A stretch of 64,000 nucleotides of DNA from an uncultured Gammaproteobacteria bacterium (GCA_964447765.1 CAYUTO010000003.1:72919-136918); one strand, 5' to 3'; numbered from the stretch's first letter, positions 40,798 through 50,903 are shown. Notes: generated by a model not told the origin, from the letters alone. Program-made: numbers and translations.

Positions 40798-41106
40798 ATG
40801 TCGAATCCGGCAGAACAAGAAGAAGAGATCAAGCTCGCCCCTCCAATCGAGTACACCGGCCACACAGTCCACCTCCATCGCAAACCCAGCAAGAAGGGTC
40901 CGAAGGTGTACACTGGCAAGATTCGCATCGCTGAGTTCCCTCAGACGATCGTCCTCTACTACGATGGACGCTCGAGCTGCTTTGAATCAGACAAGTGGCA
41001 GAAGATTCTCAAGGACAACCAACTCACGCTCGAGGCGACCGTGGAGCAGCCGCTCCACAGACCCGTCCGAGTGGACTTCTTCATCAACGACGCCAACGCG
41101 TCGTAG
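40798..41106 (+). CDS. Orphan protein (stand-alone cassette)
   Basis: TTGACA-16-TATACT (40722-40749), AGGAG RBS, start MSNPAEQEEE, 3' hairpins and T-tract. Confidence 0.72.
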   Translation: MSNPAEQEEEIKLAPPIEYTGHTVHLHRKPSKKGPKVYTGKIRIAEFPQTIVLYYDGRSSCFESDKWQKILKDNQLTLEATVEQPLHRPVRVDFFINDANAS

Positions 41107-41176
41107 CTTGCGCGCTCGCACCCCTGGACTTCGGTCGACGGGTGCGAGCATATCAATTCCCTATCAAGGAATTTTT

Positions 41177-41398
41177 TTATTTACTAATTTCTACGATTTT
41201 CTTCTTTCCGGTTTTACCTTTAAGAATTACGATAGACGATTTTGCAATATCAAAATATTCACTTAAAATTTTAATTAGCTGTTCATTCGCTTCACCATCA
41301 ACTGGAGATGCAGTGAGACGAACTTGATATTCTGTTTCTGAAATTTTTTTTATACCAGTTTTTGATGAACGGGGTTTAACGGTAATAGTAAGACGCAT
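41177..41398 (-). CDS. DUF167 (YggU-like) protein
   Basis: VKPRS...ASPVDGEAN..LI..LS..F...KS.I.I..G.TGKKK. Confidence 0.9.
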   Translation of the reverse strand: MRLTITVKPRSSKTGIKKISETEYQVRLTASPVDGEANEQLIKILSEYFDIAKSSIVILKGKTGKKKIVEISK

Positions 41399-41522
41399 AT
41401 TGTATTTCCCCTCCTTTCGTAATAAGGTATATACTATATCACACCTCGAGACTTCGGCAGACCCTTCCCTATAGGAGAGGAAAATATAAAAAACAGACAG
41501 CTTTCGCCATCTGTTTTATGTA

Positions 41523-42827
41523 TTATTCGTGCTTATGTTCAGGTCTTCCGGTTAATATTTTCTCATGAAGAAAATTGATTACTTTTCGATTCACGAGATA
41601 TACCCGTACTGAATCTTGCACTTCTGCTTTGGTGAGATTTTCAAGGTATTCAGGGTGGTCTTTGTATTCTTTCTTCATTTTTTCAATTTCTACTTTGAGC
41701 TCCTGATCATCTACGGTAAGATTCTCATCCTTGGCAATCTGGCGAGAAACGAGTGCAGCTTTTGCACGCTTCGTAGCTTGCTCAGTAAAATCTTTTTGAA
41801 TATCCTCTTCGCTTTTCTTCAAGTCTGCCAAATATTGATCAATCGTGATTCCATTTTTTTCAAGATCACGTTTCAATTCATAAAACATTTTCTTTCGCTC
41901 AGCCTCTATCAATACTTCAGGAATTTCTTCGAACTTTGATTTGTCGATAAGTGCATCAAACATTTCGATCTCAGCTACTTCATCAGCTTTATGCAGTGCT
42001 TCATGCTCCATGTTGCTCTGCAATAATTCACGAAGTTTGATGACACTTTCTTGTCCTACTTTTTTTGCAAATTCATCATTCACTTCGGGGAAGACTCGAG
42101 TATACACTTCTTTTACTTTTGTTTTGAAATGCCCCGTGTTTCCTGCAAGCATTTTGTTGTAATAGTCTTTTGGAAATGGAACATCAAATTCTTTTTCCTC
42201 ACCCTTGGTAACTCCGAGAAGCGCATCATTGAATCCAGGAATGTGCTGCTTTTCTGATAAATACACCTGGTAATCTTTTGCCTGCCCACCTTCGATAGGT
42301 ACTCCATCGAGAAGGAGATCCATATCGATTACCACTTTGTCTTCTATGGTTGCAGGACCTTCTTTTACTACTTCTACAGCCTGCATTTTGGTGAGGTTTT
42401 CAATCACTGCATCAATATCAGTTTCAGTTACAGGCTTTGCTTTGTGTTCTACTTTTATTTTGTCGAGTTTTGGAAGAGTCACTACAGGAAGAAGTGCCAC
42501 TACTGCTTTGTATACAAAATCATTGCCTGGAGCGATTTTTTCAATATTAATTTTTGGCATTCCGATGGTATCAAGTTTTGCCTCCATGACCGCATTATAG
42601 AATGTTTCCTGGAGAATACTCTCGAGAGCTTCATTCATCACGTGCATTTCACCAATTTCACGTTTTACCATATCAAAAGGAGCATGTCCTTTGCGGAAGC
42701 CTTTGATCGTAGTTCTATTTGAGATTCGCTCAGCTGCTTTTCGCAAGTGTTTTTCGTATTCAGCCGGGGTTACCGTAATCGTCATCTCGATTTCTGAGTT
42801 TTTGAGTTTTTTATGAGTGTGTTCCAT
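41523..42827 (-). CDS. tig: Trigger factor
   Basis: IKGFRKGHAP signature, FKBP domain (IPGFNDAL.G, FPKDY). Confidence 0.95.
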   Translation of the reverse strand: MEHTHKKLKNSEIEMTITVTPAEYEKHLRKAAERISNRTTIKGFRKGHAPFDMVKREIGEMHVMNEALESILQETFYNAVMEAKLDTIGMPKINIEKIAPGNDFVYKAVVALLPVVTLPKLDKIKVEHKAKPVTETDIDAVIENLTKMQAVEVVKEGPATIEDKVVIDMDLLLDGVPIEGGQAKDYQVYLSEKQHIPGFNDALLGVTKGEEKEFDVPFPKDYYNKMLAGNTGHFKTKVKEVYTRVFPEVNDEFAKKVGQESVIKLRELLQSNMEHEALHKADEVAEIEMFDALIDKSKFEEIPEVLIEAERKKMFYELKRDLEKNGITIDQYLADLKKSEEDIQKDFTEQATKRAKAALVSRQIAKDENLTVDDQELKVEIEKMKKEYKDHPEYLENLTKAEVQDSVRVYLVNRKVINFLHEKILTGRPEHKHE

Positions 42828-43073
42828 AGAAAAAAATTATATCTAGAAGTTTCGAGATTATAGCGAAAAGGACGGTAATTGTCAAAGGTAAACAAAAAAC
42901 CACCTGTCGGTGGATCTTACATCATCTTTTTACTACTCAATACTTATTAAGTGGTTAAAAGATGTGGCGAGAAGAGGTGTAAAACTCAGCTCGCCGGGTT
43001 TGCCCTTGCCGGGACCAGCATTTTCCAATGATTCAAGCGTTACATTGGATCGCTTTTATTTTAAAATGAACAG

Positions 43074-43304
43074 TTACCAGTGAGCGCCGAGTCTTTTCCT
43101 CAGCTCTCTGGTCTTTATCAGGTCGAGAGCTCCGACCCCTCCCCAAAAGGTGAGGAAGCACGAGACCTTCACGCCCGTAGTGAGGAATACCACGCCCCAC
43201 CCGTTCAGTTGAATCTCCTCTCCAACCGCCAAGATTGCAGAGGAGAACGACGCGAGTACGATCAAGGCTCTGGCCAAGAATGTCATCCACTGACGAAAAT
43301 CCAC
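43074..43304 (-). CDS. Orphan two-TM small protein
   Basis: GGAGGT RBS before GTG; two hydrophobic segments. Confidence 0.65.
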   Translation of the reverse strand: MDFRQWMTFLARALIVLASFSSAILAVGEEIQLNGWGVVFLTTGVKVSCFLTFWGGVGALDLIKTRELRKRLGAHW

Positions 43305-43358
43305 TCTACCTCCGTTGGACTTGCCTGAACCGAAGTTCAGGACTTTTTTCTGACCTTC

Positions 43359-43670
43359 TTATCCCAGAAGCCCTCTTTTCCGTAAATCAGACACCACCGG
43401 GGCCATCAGAGAGAGCAGCTCTGGGTCTTTCAAGACCTTGGTGGCGCAGTCTCCTGAACTCATCTCACCCGCATCCATTGCTTCGAAAAGCTTCATCAGC
43501 CTGGTGAGCTTCATCATCAATGCTGCAAGTTCAGGGTCATCCTGAAAAGCAACTTCGATTTCCTCCTTAGTCAAGGTCCCTTTCTTGGCTTTTACAAACC
43601 AGGAATGGAGCTTCGCCAGGTGAGGATCACTCTGCCTTTTATATATAAACCGTCGACGCGGCGTACCCAT
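43359..43670 (-). CDS. Orphan protein
   Basis: AAGGAAGG RBS before MGTPRRR; downstream of the duplicated promoter module. Confidence 0.65.
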   Translation of the reverse strand: MGTPRRRFIYKRQSDPHLAKLHSWFVKAKKGTLTKEEIEVAFQDDPELAALMMKLTRLMKLFEAMDAGEMSSGDCATKVLKDPELLSLMAPVVSDLRKRGLLG

Positions 43671-43802
43671 GTGCCTTCCTTTTCTACCAAGCCGAAGCTT
43701 GTTGGTTTTAGTAGGGTGAGAAATTCTCAACCCTCATTTCTAATTATTTAGCTAAAATAAGCAAAAATGAGGACTAAGTAGGTATAATCGCGATATGTAA
43801 AC

Positions 43803-43886
43803 GACGATCTGGAACAATAGACTATACCATAATTTAGCAATTTTGTCAAGCCTTTTGGGGTATATTTTGGCTCAATGTAGCAAAAT
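43803..43886 (-). repeat. 84-bp perfect direct repeat copy 1, containing promoter TTGACA-17-TATAGT
   Basis: Identical to 44628-44711 by manual comparison. Confidence 0.93.
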
Positions 43887-43999
43887 TTGTACGTTCTTTT
43901 GCACTATAAAAATGAAAGACCCGCATCGTGTGATGCGGGGTTGCTCGGAAATCGAGCGAAGGATCAAGGGAACTTCCCAAGATCCCGAGAATTCAAGTG

Positions 44000-44461
44000 C
44001 TACTTGCGGCGGAGCATCCGGCTTCGGACGCTCCGTTGGGGCACGAGCCACTCCCAGTCCTGCACCCACCGGTCGCCGTTCCAGACGACATAGGCGACAC
44101 GGCCTTGATCGTCAGGATGACGCCAGTCAGTGAAGACGAAGTTGACCTTGCCACGGAGAACAGCAGGGATGTCATCCTGATACTTCAGGATATGCTCACC
44201 ATCCTCCTGTCCGAGATGAGCCGAGAGGTTCTTCGCCTGATCGACCATCGTCGACTTCTGTCTTCCCCTGCGGAAGCCGAGGATGTCGTAGGTGCGAGCA
44301 CCCACAGTCATCGTGGTCGGGATGACCCTATCCTTGATGAGATTCTCCTCGAAGAACTTGTTGGGGTTCTCGAGGAAGCTCTGGAAGTTCTCAGCCGTGA
44401 TCTTCCCCTCGCCAACGAGGACGAAGAAGTGCTGCATCTGCGGGAACGTCGGGTTGCTCAT
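44000..44461 (-). CDS. Orphan protein with Trp-rich C-terminus
   Basis: AGGAG RBS; FVFTDWRHPD..RVAYVVWNGDRW. Confidence 0.72.
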   Translation of the reverse strand: MSNPTFPQMQHFFVLVGEGKITAENFQSFLENPNKFFEENLIKDRVIPTTMTVGARTYDILGFRRGRQKSTMVDQAKNLSAHLGQEDGEHILKYQDDIPAVLRGKVNFVFTDWRHPDDQGRVAYVVWNGDRWVQDWEWLVPQRSVRSRMLRRK

Positions 44462-44627
44462 GCATTATCTCCTATGGCCCACTGGCAGTCAGTAAACGTC
44501 TCGGCACCGTGCCTACTGCGCTTCTGATACACCGTTGTGGGTCTATGAAGGAAGGGGAATTCCCAGCCTTCGTTTCTGGTTATTTGGCTTAAATAAACAA
44601 AAATGAAGGCTGGAATGTTATATAAAG

Positions 44628-44711
44628 GACGATCTGGAACAATAGACTATACCATAATTTAGCAATTTTGTCAAGCCTTTTGGGGTATATTTTGGCTCAA
44701 TGTAGCAAAAT
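44628..44711 (-). repeat. 84-bp perfect direct repeat copy 2, containing promoter TTGACA-17-TATAGT
   Basis: Identical to 43803-43886. Confidence 0.93.
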
Positions 44712-44813
44712 ACCTATAAAAATGAAAAGCCCCGCATGTATAGCGGGGTGACCAATTTTGCGCTGACGACATGTCGAGCGCTCAGGGATCGTGAATCGAC
44801 CAAGGGAACACCC

Positions 44814-45362
44814 CTAGATCTTAAGTTCCAGCGTGACTTGGGCAGTTACGCTTACGCAACCCGCCTCATTTCTAGTCTGCACAGTACACGTCAGATTAGG
44901 AGCAACCGCAGGTGGCTCCTTCTCTTTTACCTCAGTAGCCGGGACCGAGACGAGCCTGTGTGCCTCTTCCAGCGAAGTTGCTGCCTGTTTCATGTAGGCG
45001 AACCGGGTCTTTACCGGCCCGACAATCTTATGCACATGATTCGCCGTATCGAGCAAAATGAGACACCACATTTTATCGATACCACGACTCTCATGCACTA
45101 TATTAGGATCGTCTCTGGTGACGGAGGCAGTGTACCAACGAATACCACCCGAGTCGTCGTATCTAATTCCGACGACTCGAAAGGCCCCCGGTATACGCTC
45201 ATGCTTTTCTCTACGAATCTCATATGAAACTTCCCCGATCATACCAGGGAAGTCTTTCTTCAACTTCGCCTCGAGTTCTTTAAGCCTCATCCTCATTTCT
45301 TCTTGTGTGGGTATTTTTTCTTCCACTTTGTCTTTTTTTGGTACTGATTTCGGGGATTTCAT
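44814..45362 (-). CDS. Orphan protein
   Basis: TTGACA-17-TAGATT (45410-45438), GGAG RBS before MKSPKSV. Confidence 0.7.
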   Translation of the reverse strand: MKSPKSVPKKDKVEEKIPTQEEMRMRLKELEAKLKKDFPGMIGEVSYEIRREKHERIPGAFRVVGIRYDDSGGIRWYTASVTRDDPNIVHESRGIDKMWCLILLDTANHVHKIVGPVKTRFAYMKQAATSLEEAHRLVSVPATEVKEKEPPAVAPNLTCTVQTRNEAGCVSVTAQVTLELKI

Positions 45363-45528
45363 CGGCAACTCCAGATTTTGTGGGTGTACTTGGAAAAGAG
45401 CGATAGATGAATCTAACAAATTTATTATAATTTGTCAACCCTTTTGCCTAAAATTAGCCTTTTTATATCTTTTTTCGTATATATTGTATATTCTTTATGT
45501 GCTACAATAATTCCAAACTAACTCCTTT

Positions 45529-48213
45529 ATGCCTACCAAAAACAAAACAGTCGTTATAATTGATGGAAACGCTATAATCCATCGCGCTTACCACGCTCTT
45601 CCTCCACTCACTGCTCCAGATGGAACGCTCGTAAATGCGGTGTATGGATTTGCGTCTATGCTCCTCAAAGTGATGGCAGATCTCAAGCCTGACTACCTCG
45701 TCACCACCTTTGATGTGGCCGGCGGTACTTTTCGCGATGAAATCTATACTGAATACAAAGCCACTCGGGTAAAAACTGACCAGGCACTCTATGACCAGAT
45801 TCCACTGGTTCACGAACTCGTCAAAGGTTTTAATGTACCGATTTATACCAAAACTGGATTTGAGGCAGATGACCTGATCGGAACGCTTGCAAAAAAGATT
45901 ACTGAAAAACATTCTGATATTACCTGTATTATCGTGACTGGTGACAAAGATTTGCTCCAGCTCGTAGACAATAATAAAATCGAGGTGTACCTCCTCCGAA
46001 AAGGAATGTCAGATTTTGAATTATTCAACGAAGCTCATGTGCAGGAAAAATTTGGATTCTCGCCGATACAGATGATTGATTACAAATCTCTTCGTGGTGA
46101 CACCTCTGATAATATTCCTGGGGTCAAAGGCATTGGAGAAAAAACTGCCACCGAATTGCTTACCAATTTTGGAACACTCGAAAAAATTTACGATGCTCTG
46201 AAAAATGAAGACAAAAAAATATCTGCAAGTGTGCAAAAAAAATTAACCGAAGGATATGAGTCAGCATTGATGAGCAAAAAACTTGCGACGATTGATACCG
46301 ATGTACCTGATATCGATTACTCGCTTCCCGAAATGCAAACAACTTCATACAAAAGAGAAGAGGTAATTGAATTATTCAAAAAATTTGGTTTTTACTCGCT
46401 CGTAAAACGTGTGTCTGGCGGTGCCGATGCTGTCGAGGAAAAAACTACGAATCCCAAAAAGAAAGAAAAGAAAATGAAAGTTGGCGAAGTAATTATTGTT
46501 GATACCAAAAACATTTCAGAGCTTAGTACACTTATACAAAAATACAAAGTCTGCGCATGTCGACCTTGTTTCCAGAATGAAAATGGAAATATCATCACCT
46601 CAACATGCACTGGAATTGTATGCGTTATTGCCGACACATCATGGATGATTCCGCTTTCAATGCTTGAAAAACTTCCCTTTAATTCAAAAGACATTACCAT
46701 TGTCGGGCATGATGTAAAACAATTTGTAAAACTGTACACGCATGTAGGAGTCGAATTTAAAGCGCGGTTATTTGATGTCATGATTGCATCGTATTTACTG
46801 AATTCGAGCACTCGTGCACACGACATGGAGTCAATCGCGATTCGAGAATTAGGAATTGAATTACCAAATACTGATCAATCATCGCTATTCGGCATTGACC
46901 CAAAAATTATTGCAACAGAGCTTGCAGCCACGCTCAAAGTATCAGAGAAATACGAAAAACAATTAGTGAGTGAATCAGAGAAGGGATTATTTGAAGACAT
47001 TGAAATGGCTTTGATCCCTGTGCTTGCACACATGGAGCTCGCGGGAGTTGCAATTGATATCCCACTCTTGGGACACCTATCAGTAAAAATCGCTAAGACT
47101 ATTAAGGAACTAGAAAAAAATATCTGGAAAGAAGCAGGGAAAGAATTCAATGTCTCGTCTTCCACCCAACTTCGGGATATTTTATTTGTTGATTTAGGTC
47201 TTCCGACTGACATGATCAAAAAAGGCAAAACGGGTTACTCGACTGCAGCAAGCGAGCTTGAAAAACTGAGAGAACTACATTCTATTATTCCTTTTATCGA
47301 AGAATACCGTGAAGTTGAAAAGCTCAGAAATACCTATATTGATGTATTACCGACTTTGATTAATCAGAAAACTGGTCGAATTCACACAACATTTAATCAG
47401 GCAATTGCAGCTACAGGACGACTCTCAAGTATTGACCCGAATTTGCAAAATATTCCAATTAGAACTGAATTAGGGAAAGACGTACGCAAAGCATTTATTG
47501 CGGACAAAGGAAATAAACTGATTTCAGCTGATTACTCACAAATTGAATTGCGTATTGTTGCCTCACTTGCGAATGATCTAAAAATGATTGAGATATTTAA
47601 AAAAGGTGAAGATATTCATACCGCGACCGCAGCTGCAATTCACAATATTCCACTTGATAAAGTTACCAAGGATATTCGACGATCTGCAAAAGAAGTTAAC
47701 TTTGGAGTTCTCTATGGCATGGGATCATTTGGTCTTTCGTCTCGCACAGGAATTTCTCACGCAGAAGCAAAAGAATTTATCCAAAAATATTTTGATACGT
47801 TTGCAGGGGTAAAGAAATATATGGATGACACACTGGAACGTGCAAAAGAAACCGGATATGTAGAAACACTATTTGGTCGCAAACGTTATGTACCAGAATT
47901 ACAATCACCTAATAGACAAATCCAGGCAGCAGGTGAACGCATGGCAATCAACATGCCGATCCAAGGAACCGCAGCTGATATTATGAAGATGGCGATGATT
48001 GCAGTGTACCACGCACTTAAAAAAGAAAAGTTACTTGATTCACACGCTCGAATGACTCTACAGATACACGATGAATTGGTTCTTGAGGTTGAAGAAAAAT
48101 ATGCCGAAGCGGTTGCTCTGATAGTAAAAACGGAAATGCAAAATGTTGCGAAACTCAAAGTACCGATTGATGTAGGAGTAGAGATTGGCGATCGGTGGGG
48201 GGAGATGAAGTAG
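45529..48213 (+). CDS. polA: DNA polymerase I
   Basis: 5'-3' exonuclease (IDGN..IHRAYHA, EADD, GDTSDNIPGV) and motifs A/B/C (ADYSQIELR, AKEVNFG, QIHDEL). Confidence 0.98.
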   Translation: MPTKNKTVVIIDGNAIIHRAYHALPPLTAPDGTLVNAVYGFASMLLKVMADLKPDYLVTTFDVAGGTFRDEIYTEYKATRVKTDQALYDQIPLVHELVKGFNVPIYTKTGFEADDLIGTLAKKITEKHSDITCIIVTGDKDLLQLVDNNKIEVYLLRKGMSDFELFNEAHVQEKFGFSPIQMIDYKSLRGDTSDNIPGVKGIGEKTATELLTNFGTLEKIYDALKNEDKKISASVQKKLTEGYESALMSKKLATIDTDVPDIDYSLPEMQTTSYKREEVIELFKKFGFYSLVKRVSGGADAVEEKTTNPKKKEKKMKVGEVIIVDTKNISELSTLIQKYKVCACRPCFQNENGNIITSTCTGIVCVIADTSWMIPLSMLEKLPFNSKDITIVGHDVKQFVKLYTHVGVEFKARLFDVMIASYLLNSSTRAHDMESIAIRELGIELPNTDQSSLFGIDPKIIATELAATLKVSEKYEKQLVSESEKGLFEDIEMALIPVLAHMELAGVAIDIPLLGHLSVKIAKTIKELEKNIWKEAGKEFNVSSSTQLRDILFVDLGLPTDMIKKGKTGYSTAASELEKLRELHSIIPFIEEYREVEKLRNTYIDVLPTLINQKTGRIHTTFNQAIAATGRLSSIDPNLQNIPIRTELGKDVRKAFIADKGNKLISADYSQIELRIVASLANDLKMIEIFKKGEDIHTATAAAIHNIPLDKVTKDIRRSAKEVNFGVLYGMGSFGLSSRTGISHAEAKEFIQKYFDTFAGVKKYMDDTLERAKETGYVETLFGRKRYVPELQSPNRQIQAAGERMAINMPIQGTAADIMKMAMIAVYHALKKEKLLDSHARMTLQIHDELVLEVEEKYAEAVALIVKTEMQNVAKLKVPIDVGVEIGDRWGEMK

Positions 48214-48293
48214 AGTCGAAAGTCCATAAAGTAAAAAGTCGAAAGGTTATTTGTATTTTATTTTCGACTTTTTAGACTTTGTGACTTTCGACT
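48212..48293. repeat. Heptamer-periodic inverted repeat (AAAGTCG type)
   Basis: agtcgaaagtccataaagtaaaaagtcgaaa ... tttcgactttttagactttgtgactttcgact. Confidence 0.85.
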
Positions 48294-48358
48294 AAAAAAG
48301 AATAGCCAGGGTACATGAAAGCGCGAATGCGCCGTCAGTGTCCCTGGCGATGATAGGC

Positions 48359-48802
48359 TCAGATTGTCGGTCGATACTTCCGGAAAATATCGGCAAAGAA
48401 CTTCTCCGCCGACACCCCTTTCAGTTCGACCATCCGAACCCCGAGTACCTCGGCTTCGTGCCTCTCCTTTTCCCGCCTTTCGGGATTGAGTTCTTCGAAG
48501 CTGGTTACCACCACAACCTCTTTCTTGTGACCATTGAGGTCTTTGAGGATCCGGCGGACCAGAAGCCATGACTGCTCTCGTGTTGCGCATGCCTGCTCGA
48601 CGTCTCCGACGTAGACGTACAGCGCATCAGCCCGGATGAGTTCGTGACGATTGAAATTCCTGTAGATGAGCTCAGGAGCATCCCATTCACCAGGTTTTCT
48701 TTCGTACGAATGCACCACAAGCGTGTCGTTGTGCCGTTTGTACTGTTTATGCCCTGCCGGTACTTCCGGTACAGTCCCGAATGTCACTATCATCTCGAAC
48801 AC
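48359..48802 (-). CDS. Orphan protein (stand-alone cassette)
   Basis: GAGGG RBS before GTG; extended -10 TGTTATAGT upstream; long 3' hairpin GCCAGGG...CCCTGGC plus T-tract. Confidence 0.65.
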   Translation of the reverse strand: MFEMIVTFGTVPEVPAGHKQYKRHNDTLVVHSYERKPGEWDAPELIYRNFNRHELIRADALYVYVGDVEQACATREQSWLLVRRILKDLNGHKKEVVVVTSFEELNPERREKERHEAEVLGVRMVELKGVSAEKFFADIFRKYRPTI

Positions 48803-49042
48803 TTATGCCCTCGTTTCTCATGCCTGCGCCAGGAAAGCACCTGCTCGTTGGAACAATAGTCCACCGAACCTTTGTTCCTTATCCTGTGACACACATGAGT
48901 CTACGCCCACTCCTCCTTATGCCAGTAGGCTGTAATTTGACTATAACACATGTAAGATTAAAAGTTAAAAGTAAAAAGATAGTGCAAATACAAAAAAATA
49001 CACGAAATTTTTCTCTCGTGTATTTTTTTGCCTTTTGCGCTT

Positions 49043-50278
49043 TTACTTTTGCCTTTTCTCAATATGTATAAAATGTCCAAACCCAAGACTGTGAATTGTC
49101 CAATCAAATACGATTCGTAATTTTCGAAGGATTCCTGGCATATACAACACATATACTGTTCGTCGTATCCACCATGCAAACCAACCATAAAACTCCATAT
49201 TACCAATTACCGCAATTCCATACCAATCTCCGACTGGCATAAGTTGGCCTTTTGATTTGAATACAAATGGTTTTACTTCTTTTCCTGCAATTCTCCGCGC
49301 AATATCAATCCCTACGAACCTACCTGCTTTATGAGCTACTTCGGCAAGTTGAGGGCACGGTTTTCCAGTAATACCGTCAAGAGTGTAGGCAATATCCCCG
49401 ATTGCATAACATGTTTCATCCCCTTCCATTCGCAAATACTGATCCACCTTAATTCTACCTTTCTCACATTTACTCTCTTCTACAAACTGTGTACCTAAAT
49501 TCATAAATCCGGCTGCCCACACCGTAATATCACTGGTAATTTCCTCGCCCGTTTTCAATATTACTGAGTTTTTAGTGACTTTAGCGACTGAATTATTATA
49601 TACAAATTCTACTCCTAGTTTTTCTAGACGTTTGGTTACATGCGCCTGCATACTTGGTTTCATCGCAGACAAAACTGAACTATTTGGTTCAATCACACGG
49701 ACGGTGATTTTTTTGTGTGGATATAATTTTTTTAAATCACCATTTTTCAGTGTTCCATATTGTCCTGCAATTTCCACCCCCACATATCCTCCCCCAACAA
49801 CCGTAATCACGCACTCGTCAGTTTTGCAATTCTCAAGATTCTCCACCAAGGCGTATTTGAGTGCAAGCGCATCTTTCAAACTTCGCACATGATGGGTAAA
49901 TTCAGTAGTCCCTGGCACGCCATAGAAATTCACTGTGCTTCCCATCGCAACAATGCAATAATCATACGAAATAATACCACTCGTGGTATGGACTTCTTTT
50001 TTTTCATACTGAATATTCTCTACCTTGGCATTGATATAAGTATGAGGAGTATTATGCACCAATTCACGCAGCGGAATTGATGCATGTGTCGATTCAACAG
50101 AACCTGTAGCAACCTCGTGTAACAAAGGAATAAAAGTAAAATAATTATTTTCATCGACTATCGTAATATGACTCCCTAGTCCTTTTCGCTCCAAGCTTCG
50201 ATTCAACGTACGAAATGCTTCGTATCCTCCAATTCCGGCCCCAAGAATTACAATATCTGTTTTTATTTTTTCCATCAT
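49043..50278 (-). CDS. ndh: Type II NADH dehydrogenase-like FAD oxidoreductase
   Basis: GAGIGG and GGGYVGVE Rossmann motifs, F.PLLHEVATG, WAAG, AIGD. Confidence 0.87.
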   Translation of the reverse strand: MMEKIKTDIVILGAGIGGYEAFRTLNRSLERKGLGSHITIVDENNYFTFIPLLHEVATGSVESTHASIPLRELVHNTPHTYINAKVENIQYEKKEVHTTSGIISYDYCIVAMGSTVNFYGVPGTTEFTHHVRSLKDALALKYALVENLENCKTDECVITVVGGGYVGVEIAGQYGTLKNGDLKKLYPHKKITVRVIEPNSSVLSAMKPSMQAHVTKRLEKLGVEFVYNNSVAKVTKNSVILKTGEEITSDITVWAAGFMNLGTQFVEESKCEKGRIKVDQYLRMEGDETCYAIGDIAYTLDGITGKPCPQLAEVAHKAGRFVGIDIARRIAGKEVKPFVFKSKGQLMPVGDWYGIAVIGNMEFYGWFAWWIRRTVYVLYMPGILRKLRIVFDWTIHSLGFGHFIHIEKRQK

Positions 50279-50402
50279 AGACTATAACTAAATTAAACGT
50301 TTCCTTATTATAGCAGGGCACCCGATAGATTGCCTAGCCTACCAACAGGCAAAAACAAAATTCGCCCATAGTGCAGGCGAATTTTGTTTGTTTTAATCGA
50401 AG

Positions 50403-50903
50403 TTATACCTTGGTTTTCTTTTCTTCTTTACGAGAACAGTCACAACCACCGCCGCAGCATCCATCATCGTCTGTATCACCATGACCTTTTCCGTCAGCTC
50501 CACATCCACATTCTTCATTCTTTCGTCCCATCAGTGCGAATTTACCCGCTCCAATAGTATGTAGAGCTAAAAGCGCACCCAAAAGCACGATTGGAAGTTC
50601 AGTTGCACCTCCATATGGCATCTTGGTGTGTACTGTGAGCAATGCTACCACCATAGTAGCAGCAAGTAGTGCAGTCACAATACGATTAAAGAGTCCTAGT
50701 ATTATTGCAATACCGCCGATAAATTCTACCAACGCTACAAACCATGCAAAGAATAATGGCATTGGAAGTCCAATTCCCTGCATCATCCCTGCAGCTCCGT
50801 CAATTCCACCGATTTTCATCCAGCCGTGATAGATAAATACGATACCCACTGCTAGGCGAAGTGCCACCAGTCCCCAATGTTTCATTTTTGACTCACCATT
50901 CAT
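50403..50903 (-). CDS. DoxX family membrane protein with Cys/Gly/Asp-rich tail
   Basis: LRLAVG.VF..HGW.K, EFIGG...LLGL, GAGKFAL; tail CGCG...GCCGGGCDC. Confidence 0.9.
   Translation of the reverse strand: MNGESKMKHWGLVALRLAVGIVFIYHGWMKIGGIDGAAGMMQGIGLPMPLFFAWFVALVEFIGGIAIILGLFNRIVTALLAATMVVALLTVHTKMPYGGATELPIVLLGALLALHTIGAGKFALMGRKNEECGCGADGKGHGDTDDDGCCGGGCDCSRKEEKKTKV

Noticed and set aside
42985-43020. AAGGGCAAACCC as a c-di-GMP-I riboswitch, or GCTGGTCCC...CCCGG as a twister ribozyme
   Set aside because: No GNRA-capped P2 or GACGCAAAGC segment follows, the twister loop and pseudoknot spacing do not fit, and the site is a 3' UTR.
43803-44711. Repeats as a CRISPR array or integron attC sites
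   Set aside because: Only two 84-bp copies about 825 bp apart, containing a promoter, with no cas or intI genes and no clear RYYYAAC/GTTRRRY boxes.
44763-44800. CTGACGA as a second hammerhead core
   Set aside because: No closing stem II pair followed by GAAA, and it lies on the strand opposite the cassette.
40586-44810. TTCCCTTG recurring after the stops of three orphans as an anti-SD fold-back
   Set aside because: Short motif that does not clearly complement each gene's own RBS; could be chance.
43997-45510. Long plus-strand ORFs 43997..44527, 44736..45227 and 45058..45510
   Set aside because: Promoters, RBSs and terminators all support the minus-strand ORFs; higher GC content explains open antisense frames.
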